Notes under the pieces: generated by a model
Seen by the model: only the letters and a program-made list of their open reading frames with translations
Told to the model about the DNA's origin: nothing
Database searches by the model: none
Source of the DNA: Octopus sinensis
Taxonomy: Eukaryota
Length of the DNA stretch: 5,977 nt
Direction: 5' to 3'
Assembly (NCBI RefSeq): GCF_006345805.1
Contig: NW_021829540.1
Coordinates: 1-5,977 of the forward strand
Shown here: piece after piece, positions 1-5,977 of the stretch
How the letters are laid out: every line of letters begins with the position of its first letter
Numbering within the stretch: the first letter of the stretch is position 1
Translations under genes and position numbers: made by a program

Positions 1-653
1 GTACCAGTTACGCACTGGGGTGGATGTAATCGATTTAATCCGTTTGTCTGTCCTTATTTGTCCTCTCTGTGTTTAGCCCCTTGTGGGTAGTAAAGAAATA
101 GGTATTTCGTCTGCCGCTCTGTTCTGGGTTCAAATTCCGCCGAGGTCGACTTTGCCTTTCATCCTTTCGGGGTCGATTAAATAAGTACCAGTTACGCACT
201 GGGGTCGATGTAATCGACTTAATACCTATGTCTGTCCTTGTTTGTCCTCTCTGTGTTTAGCTCCTTGTGGGCAATAAAGAAATAGGTATTTCGTCTGCCA
301 TTACGTTATGAGTTCAAATTCCGCCGAGGTCGACTTTGCCTTTCATCCTTTCGGGGTCGATAAATTAAGTACCAGTCACGCACTGGAGTCGGTGTAATCG
401 GCTTAATCCCTTTGTCTGTCCTTGTTTGTCCCTTCTGTGTTTAGCCCCTTGTGGGTAGTAGAGAAATAGGTATTTCGTCTGCCGTTACATTCTGAGTTCA
501 AATTCCGCCGAGGTCAACTTTGCCTTTCATCCTTTCGGGGTCGATAAATTAAGTACCAGTTACGCACTGGGGTCGATATAATCGACCTAATCCGTGTGTC
601 TGTCCTTGTTTGTCCCCTCTATGTTTAGCCCCTTGTGGGTAGTAAAGAAATAG
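1..653 (+). repeat. 184-bp tandem array (3 full units plus a partial) derived from the 3' part of a tRNA-derived, Meta-domain-like SINE
   Basis: GTACCAGT recurs at 1, 185, 369 and 553, an exact period of 184. Units start with GGTATTTCGTC at 101, 285 and 469 and end in AAAGAAATA. Each unit has a Pol III box B-like G(A/G)GTTCAAATTCC but no box A. GCCTTTCATCCTTTCGGGGTCGATAAATTAAGTACCAG resembles the Meta/Sauria SINE central domain (from recall). The array continues past the left edge of the window. Confidence 0.9.
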
Positions 654-666
654 AAAGTGATAGTAA

Positions 667-715
667 TGGTGGTGGTGTTGGTGGTTGCGCGGGTGGTGAT
701 GGTGGCGGTGGTGGT
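667..715 (+). repeat. degenerate (GGT)n microsatellite
   Basis: ATGGTGGTGGTGTTGGTGGTT...GGTGGTGATGGTGGCGGTGGTGGT. It accounts for the Val-rich ORF 657-842. Confidence 0.8.
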
Positions 716-925
716 CAGCGTCGTTCTAAGGCGTGAGATTACTGAACAGGGATCTAGTCCTTCTCATTCGCTAAATGAGCCCCCTTTAATTTTGCCCGGA
801 TTGCTTTCAATTTTGCCGTATCGATGCAACTCTGAATTTTGATTACGATCGACCAATTACTTTATCTCGTAAATTAAAGAATCTGATGTTATCTGGAATT
901 AAATTTGAGAAATTTGGGTAATTTT

Positions 926-973
926 AGCCAATCAACAGACAGCGAGACATCAGCAGCATGTTACCATGACAAC
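926..973. promoter_or_regulatory. CCAAT box (NF-Y-like) plus RFX X-box-like motif
   Basis: AGCCAATCA at 926-934 and GTTACCATGACAAC at 960-973 (minus strand GTTGTCATGGTAAC), matching the X-box pattern GTNRYC-AT-RGYAAC. Motif match only; no associated exon was found. Confidence 0.35.
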
Positions 974-1172
974 CACACGTTGTGTTGTGTTATACCCGCA
1001 TGTTGTGTTGAATCTTCACACCACGAAATTTACTTTACCCGCGGGTTCTGTTTTAATAAAAATTTATATTTATCAATTAGAATTTTATTGTAGATATTTT
1101 TCGTCAATTGTCTTAACATTTTACATATTTTTTCATATATAGCAGAAGTTGTTTGCGATCTTTATACAGTTT

Positions 1173-1357
1173 ATAGGCGCAGGAGTGGCTGTGTGGTAAG
1201 TAGCTTGTTTACCAACCACATGGTTCCGGGTTCAGTCCCACTGCGTGGCATCTTGGGCAAGTGTCTTCTACTATAGCCTCGGGCCGACCAAAGCCTTGTG
1301 AGTGGATTTGGTAGACGGAAACTGAAAGAAGCCTGTCGTATATATGTATATATATAT
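1173..1357 (+). mobile_element. tRNA-derived CORE-like SINE, copy 1, 5' half
   Basis: Box A-like TGGCTGTGTGG 1186-1196, box B-like GGTTCAGTCCC 1229-1239, CORE-like CTTGGGCAAGT 1252-1262. About 4 substitutions versus the copy at 3594 over the first ~155 nt. Ends in the internal (TA)n. AGTTT at 1168-1172 and 2014-2018 is the likely TSD of the whole copy. Confidence 0.9.
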
Positions 1358-1452
1358 TCCATACCCTCCTTCTTCCATATTCCTGAGCGCCTAATAATAA
1401 TAATACTGTAATTGTTCCACGTGTTGTTGTTTTTTCCCGTTTGGATTAACCT
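1358..1452 (-). mobile_element. repeat fragment inserted in the SINE's (TA)n, possibly a Penelope-like pseudo-LTR piece
   Basis: Absent from the intact SINE copy and bounded by TA tracts. The minus strand (...ACAACACGTGGAACAATTACAGTATTATT...GGCGCTCAGGAA...GAAGAAGGAGGGT) resembles octopus (TA)n-targeting Penelope-like repeats as I recall them; this is unverified. Confidence 0.3.
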
Positions 1453-1498
1453 TATATCTATATATATATATATCTATATATATATATATATATATATA
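1453..1498. repeat. imperfect (TA)n microsatellite
   Basis: TATATCTATATA...TATCTATATA... read directly. Confidence 0.95.
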
Positions 1499-1614
1499 AT
1501 AAGTATAGGAAAGAATGGAGCTGAACGAAGATTTAACAAAATCCCTTTATTTATAAAATAAAGGAATTTTGTTAAATCTTCGTTCAGCTCCATTCTTTCC
1601 TATACTTATTATAT
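1494..1614. repeat. 121-bp near-perfect palindrome
   Basis: Arms 1494-1552 and 1556-1614 (59 bp each) pair with one mismatch (C1543/A1565) around a 3-nt ATA loop. Confidence 0.97.
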
Positions 1615-1758
1615 TAATTAAACTTCAAATTTCCGCACTAAGGCACGGAGTATATGCCCTATGGTCGTAACTTCAACCGTGCTCTTTCTGTTGTGAGTTT
1701 GCTACCCAGGTATCGGTTATCTTTCGAATTATCCGTAATAAGACAATTCATTTATCTA

Positions 1759-1760
<2 letters not shown>

Positions 1761-1811
<51 letters not shown>

Positions 1812-2016
1812 GTGTTTGTGTATCTGTGTTTGTCCCCCTAGCATTGCTTGACAACCGATGCTGGCGTGTTTACGTCCCCGTAACTTAGCGGTTCGGCAAA
1901 GAGACCGATAGAATAAGTACTGGGCTTACGAAGAATAAGTCCCGGGGTCGATTTGCTCGACTAAAGGCGGTGCTCCAGCATGGCCGCAGTCAAATGACTG
2001 AAACGAGTAAAAGAGT
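1761..2016 (+). mobile_element. CORE-like SINE, copy 1, 3' half, starting with (TA)n(TG)n
   Basis: Collinear with 3771-4035 at roughly 95% identity by eye. Ends in a GTAAAAGAGT tail followed by the TSD remnant. Confidence 0.9.
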
Positions 2017-2816
2017 TTCTTGGCATTATGAAGGCCAATGGAATAGGCGAACTTAGTACAGATAATTCGACATTATTTTTGAATTTTGCATGCAAAAATA
2101 TATAAGACACAGGTATTCGCTTTCTTAGGACAAATTCTTTGTTGACCAGTGTTATTCTTATTGTAGTTTACAAACCAAGCATGAAAACGTTACTCAACTT
2201 TGAAGTTTTGGAGACAGACACACACTTATATTAATGATGTACACAATTACATGACAGGTATACATAATACTGAAACGCGCATAAAGTGAAAATATGCAGA
2301 CAAATATATCAAAAAATAATAAAAACATACAATCAATGAAGAGACAAAAGAAACAATGAGATGATACATGTTGATTTTATTAGGTATCTCTGTTTAATTA
2401 GAAACTTACAATGAAGAGGTCATTTCACAGACGCTAAACTATAAATTTCACAGGGTACAACCTTAAAGCTGACACCGTTCCGCTAAACGCAGGAAATTTG
2501 TGTCTCGCTATTGGCTAAAAATACACAATTTTTTTATTTTTAAACCTCTGTAACTTTTTCCTTCAATTTTTTTCTCCGCAACATCATACCTTCATAGCAA
2601 TTAGACTGGAAGACTTTATTATTATAGCCGATTTTCAGATTTTTTACTGCCTTTTAAAAAAAATGTATATCTTGCGAATGAAAAAAAACTAGATCCCTGA
2701 GTAGTTCCACGGGACCCTCACTGCTCTAAGTGCTCACTTTTTATCTATTGTATATTGTGGCTTGCAGTAAATAAATAATAAATAAATAATACTTTACAGC
2801 CCAGTGGCTTATTGCA

Positions 2817-3063
2817 GAGGCGCATGGCTTAGTGGTTAAAGCGTTGGTCTAACGATCGTAAGATTGAGATTTCGATTCCTGGACCGGGCGATTACTTGTA
2901 TTCTTGAGCAAAACACTTCATTTCCCGTTGCTCTATTCAACTCAGCTGGCAAAAGTGAGTTAACCCTGCGAGGGACTGACGTCCCATCCAGGTGGGAAAT
3001 ATATACGCCAAGCAAACTGGGAAACCTTATCTATGAGTTTATATGACTCGGGAAGGGTGTTTA
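2817..3063 (+). mobile_element. tRNA-derived SINE with V-domain-like core, copy 1 (diverged)
   Basis: Perfect box A TGGCTTAGTGG 2825-2835, degenerate box B ATTTCGATTCC 2869-2879, TTCTTGAGCAAAACACTT 2901-2918, V-SINE-like CCTGCGAGGGACTGACGTCCCATCCAGG 2965-2992. A homologous copy follows at 3085. Confidence 0.75.
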
Positions 3064-3250
3064 TCCTAATCCTATATATATGTTGCGGAAGGACATGGAT
3101 TAGTTGCTGGGTTGTCAGCCTTATAATTGTAAGATTGTGGTTTCGATTCTTGGGCCGGGCGGCGAACTTTTTTTCCCAAGAGAGTTCCGGCCCCTAGTAA
3201 TGAACTCATTTGCATACAGTCAAACAGAGCTCACCTTGATATTGTTGTGC

Positions 3251-3317
3251 ACAAACAACTACGCAGAGGCAGCCATGCGGATAACGAAGGATAAGATTCG
3301 TTCAGCTCTCAGATTAT
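3251..3317 (+). pseudogene. probable MULE/SWIM-type transposase remnant
   Basis: 3251-3298 reads TNNYAEAAMRITKDKI; after a deletion/frameshift, 3300-3317 reads VQLSDY. This recalls the TNNYxEAAMRxLKDKI...NxVQLxDF segment of invertebrate MULE transposases (recall, not a search). It lies inside the MULE TIRs. Confidence 0.4.
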
Positions 3318-3398
3318 GCTTGGACGCAAAGCCCAACATAGCATTCATGAATGTGTTTAAAAACAACCAATCTCTTGGTAAAACACACTCTGCCAAGT

Positions 3399-3467
3399 AA
3401 ACTGAAGACGAAGGACGGTGTTGTGAGTCGACCGATCGCCAAGTTATGCCTGGTTTTAGAAGGAGAC
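3399..3467 (+). pseudogene. BEL/Pao LTR-retrotransposon pol C-terminal fragment (DUF5641-like end)
   Basis: Frame +3 reads KLKTKDGVVSRPIAKLCLVLEGD, matching the terminal motif vKTxxGxlxRPIxKLCxxLE of BEL/Pao polyproteins. No start codon, so it is missing from the ORF track. Confidence 0.65.
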
Positions 3468-3593
3468 AAGGAATTAGATAGATTTGCATCTATAGCTATT
3501 ATCGGATTTGGTTAAGATGTGGATGGGAAAAATGTGGGTAGAGGGCGATGTACCAACAACAATCTCCCCTTAATATTTTAAAAGTAAACAACA

Positions 3594-3764
3594 ATAGGCG
3601 CAGGAGTGGCTGTGTGGTAAGTAGCTTGCTTACCAACCGCATGGTTCCGGGTTCAGTCCCACTGCGTGGCACCTTGGGCAAGTGTCTTCTACTATAGCCT
3701 CGGGCCGACCAAAGCCTTGTGCGTGGATTTGGTAGACGGAAACTGAAAGAAGCCCATCATCGTA

Positions 3765-3814
<50 letters not shown>

Positions 3815-4035
3815 CGTGTATGTTTGCGTGTCTGTGTTTGTCCCCCTAGCATTGCTTGACAACCGATGCTGGTGTGTTTATGTCCCCGTAACTTAGCGGT
3901 TCGGCAAAAGAGACCGATAGAATAAGTACTGGGCTTACAAAAGAATAAGTCCCGGGGTCGAGTTGCTCGATTAAAAGGCGGTGCTCCAGCGTGGCCACAG
4001 TCAAATGACTGAAACAAGTAAAAGAGTAAAAGAGT
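3594..4035 (+). mobile_element. CORE-like SINE, copy 2, intact
   Basis: ATAGGCGCAGG start, box A/B-like motifs, CCTTGGGCAAGT core, internal (TA)n 3771-3811, tail (GTAAAAGA)2GT. Possible TSD TAAACAAC 3585-3592 and TAAATAAC 4043-4050. Confidence 0.92.
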
Positions 4036-4305
4036 ATATATATAAATAACTACGCAAAGGTAGCCATGGTTGAAACAAGAACAAGAACAACAAGCATTAT
4101 TAAAGGAGAAAAGGAACATGGTTATTCCTTACCCAAGTGACCTTATCCCCCATCACTTGTTTTGCGCTCATGGGTGAGTTTGATAGTTGAATTCTGATTG
4201 GCTGTATGCAAATCAGTTCATAACTGGAGTCCGGAACTCTCGTGGGAAAAAAATTTCACGGCCGGGCGATGCGATGTGTTCTTAAAACCCTTCATTTCAT
4301 TCAAT

Positions 4306-4589
4306 CATCATCATCATTGTTCGACCGTGGTCGAGACAATGGAATTTACCATGCTACGCCAGACTTCATGTTCCATCATGGCATTACGGAGGTCCTGTTG
4401 CTGGATGACTGTGTCCCTGGAGATTACATCAGGGTAGGAGAGTGTGCGCCCTCTGGTATTGCGGGTAGATGGCTTCCAGACGAGAAGAGTAGAAATTACC
4501 TCTTTTTCAGCTCTACAACAATGTCCAGCAAACTGGACTCTTCTACTTTTCACAAGAGATGATACAGGTGGTAGTTTCCCATATATTTG
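4306..4589 (-). mobile_element. 5'-truncated RTE-clade LINE (RT C-terminus plus (TGA)n tail)
   Basis: Minus-strand peptide QIYGKLPPVSSLVKSRRVQFAGHCCR...LLVWKP...RGRTLSYPDVISRDT...DLRNAMMEHEVWRS is a typical RTE C-terminal region, ending at a stop in a TGATGATGA tail. 8-bp TSD CATTCAAT at 4298-4305 and 4590-4597. The annotated ATG lies in the TSD, directly after an in-frame stop. Confidence 0.9.
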
Positions 4590-4741
4590 CATTCAATAGG
4601 CAAGAGTTATTAATCCTGCGAAGGTCTGGCGTCCCTTCCAGGGAGGAGTAATTACGTCAGAGAGACCGGGGAACCGATCCTATGCTCCTTAAGGAGTAAT
4701 GTGGACTAACTACAGGGCCCAGTGCGTTGGTTTTTTCTGGG

Positions 4742-5977
4742 GGTGATGGTGGGGCTATAATGTTGTTAAGACGGTCTTGGTGTTGGTGTTGGTGATGGTG
4801 ATGGTGATGACAGTGGTATGACTGGTGATGGTTGTAGTTGTGGTGATGGTGATGGTAACAGTGGAAAAAATGGCGTGACTGGTGATGTTAGATGGCGGGG
4901 CTAGTGGTGGTGGTGGTGGGAGTGTCGAGTATGTGACAAGTGATGACAATTCTGATGCCGATGGTAGTGGCAGTGGTAGCAGTAATGATGGGGGCAGCGG
5001 CGACGGCGCTGCTGCAGTTGCAGGTGGTGATTGTTTACTGTTGCTAGTGGTGGTGATGATGGTGATGATGATAGTGAGGGCTGGGACTGCCCGGTATTGC
5101 TGTTCATGATGATGATGGTGGTGGTGGTGGTGGTGGTGGTGGTGGTAGTGGTGGTGGTAGTGGTGGTGGTAGTGGTGGTGGTGGTGGTAGTGGTGGTGGT
5201 GGTAGTGGTGGTGGTCGATGATGATGATGATGATGGTGGTGGTAGTGGTGGTGGTGGTGGTGGTTGTGGTAGTGGTGGTGGTAGTGGTGGTGGTCGATGA
5301 TTATGATGATGAGGATGATGATAATGGTTGGTGTGGGGTGGTAGTGTGGTTGGTGGGTGTGGTGGTGGTGGTGGTGGTTGGGGTGGTGATGTGGTGATTG
5401 TAGGTGGTGGTGGTCGATGATGATGTGATGATGATGATGAGATAATGGTGGTGGTGGTGGTGGTGATGATGATGATGATGATAATGGTGGTGGTGTTGGT
5501 GGTGGTTGTGGTAGTGGTGGTGGTGGTGGTGGTGGTGGTGGTTGTGGTGGTGGTGGTGGTGGTGGTGGTGGTGGTCGATGATGATGATGATGATGATGAT
5601 AATGGTGGTGGTGGTGGTGGTGGTAGTGGTGGTAGTAGTGGTGGTAGTAGTGATGGTAGTGGTGGTGGTGGTGGTAGTGGTGGTGGTAGTGATGGTGGTA
5701 GTGGTGGTGGTGGTGGTGGTGGTAGTGGTAGTGGTGGTGGTAGTGGTAGTGGTGGTCGATGATGATGATGATGATGATGATGATGATAATGGTAGTGGTG
5801 GTGGTGGTTGTGGTGATGGTGGTGGAGGCGGTGGTATTGCTGTTTGATGGTACTGTTGATGCAAGTGGTGGTGGCCATCATAGTGGAACTGGCCTTGGTA
5901 ATGGTGGTGGTGGTGGTGGTGATGGGGGTGGCGTTGCTGATGCTGCCACTCCTAATAATGGGATGTGGTACTGTTGA
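4742..5977 (+). repeat. compound (GGT)n/(GAT)n/(AGT) low-complexity microsatellite region
   Basis: Trinucleotide-phase GT-rich repeats, purest at 5105-5832 and degenerate on both sides. Explains all the poly-V/T/H/P/G/W ORFs. Confidence 0.95.

Larger units (their letters stand above)
732..2723. mobile_element. candidate non-autonomous DNA transposon with imperfect inverted ends (hAT/Buster-like)
   Basis: Inverted matches: CAGGGATCTAGT 747-758 vs 2688-2699 (12/12); TCATTCGC 764-771 vs 2674-2681 (8/8); TTTTAGCCAAT 922-932 plus AGCGAGACA 941-949 vs 2501-2520. The two motif blocks are spaced 175 nt (left) and 179 nt (right). Termini C(-)GTGAG and CAGTGAG. Flanks TTCTAAGG (724-731) and CTCTAAGT (2724-2731) are a 6/8 TSD with TA at positions 4-5, as in Buster-type hATs. 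No transposase ORF. Confidence 0.55.
3162..4259. mobile_element. non-autonomous Mutator-like (MULE) DNA transposon, 1098 bp
   Basis: TIRs 3162-3236 and 4185-4259 align ungapped at 62/75 (83%) and both begin with G. Perfect 9-bp TSD GGCCGGGCG at 3153-3161 and 4260-4268. Long TIRs with a 9-bp TSD are the MULE signature. Confidence 0.8.
3085..4696 (+). mobile_element. V-domain-like SINE, copy 2, in three pieces (3085-3161, 4269-4305, 4598-~4696)
   Basis: The head matches 2814-2890 (GTAAGATTG..TTTCGATTC.TGG.CCGGGCG). The middle piece ATGCGATGTGTTCTTAAAACCCTTCATTTC matches 2890-2924. The 3' piece CCTGCGAAGGTCTGGCGTCCCTTCCAGGG (4615-4643) matches 2965-2992. Removing the two TSD-bounded inserts restores a collinear SINE. 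Confidence 0.8.

Noticed and set aside
1-653. CRISPR-like or tRNA-gene array
   Set aside because: The units are contiguous with no unique spacers, the context is eukaryotic, and there is no box A or cloverleaf.
966-1142. ATG in the X-box opening MTTTRCVV..., a THAP-like start
   Set aside because: It lacks the C2CH signature and runs into AT-rich, low-information sequence.
1173-1262. tRNA genes at the SINE heads (also 2817, 3085, 3594)
   Set aside because: Box A/B-like motifs are present but the cloverleaf is not, and each head runs into SINE body sequence.
1171-1362. Similar minus-strand ORFs 1171-1362 and 3499-3681 as a gene family
   Set aside because: They are antisense translations of the same SINE.
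1641-1676. Possible degenerate hammerhead ribozyme (CTAAGG...CGTAAC)
   Set aside because: The catalytic core CTGANGA/GAAA is not matched and the stems cannot be drawn convincingly.
1120-2116. Possible exon split by the SINE (acceptor TAGCAG ~1140-1145, donor GTATTC ~2113)
   Set aside because: After removing the SINE, all three plus-strand frames hit stops before the donor and no peptide is recognisable.
4685-4696. 12-bp palindrome CTCCTTAAGGAG
   Set aside because: It is short and lies where the SINE 3' end normally carries a small hairpin; there is no independent evidence of function.
5310-5430. Irregular out-of-phase GT-rich stretch as a distinct motif or G-quadruplex
   Set aside because: It is explained by single-base indels in the repeat, possibly long-read consensus error; most G-runs are only two long.
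4755-5977. Long ORFs (up to 326 aa) rich in His, Pro, Thr, Val or Gly
   Set aside because: They are stop-free frames of trinucleotide repeats, open on both strands, with no complex domain and with frame-switching junctions.

Overview
Eukaryotic, gene-free, transposon-saturated window. The SINE families and (TA)n/(GGT)n content look like Octopus (inference from recalled repeat families, not a database result). I find no intact protein-coding or structural RNA gene. Almost every base resolves into nested insertions whose boundaries can be read from TSDs and TIRs. (1) 1-653: a 184-bp tandem array made from the 3' part of a Meta-domain-like tRNA SINE. (2) ~732-2723: a candidate non-autonomous hAT-like element, containing a CORE-like SINE (1173-2016) whose internal (TA)n received a ~400-bp insert with a 121-bp near-perfect palindrome. 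(3) Two tandem V-domain-like SINEs. The second (3085-~4696) is split by a 1.1-kb Mutator-like element (75-bp TIRs, perfect 9-bp TSD) and by a 5'-truncated RTE LINE (8-bp TSD). The Mutator-like element holds a second CORE-like SINE, a BEL/Pao pol C-terminal fragment and a probable transposase remnant, giving a Pack-MULE-like structure. (4) 4742-5977: a compound GGT/GAT/AGT microsatellite with higher-order units. Of the supplied ORFs, only 4314-4592(-) (RTE) and part of 3104-3400(+) appear to reflect real, dead coding sequence.
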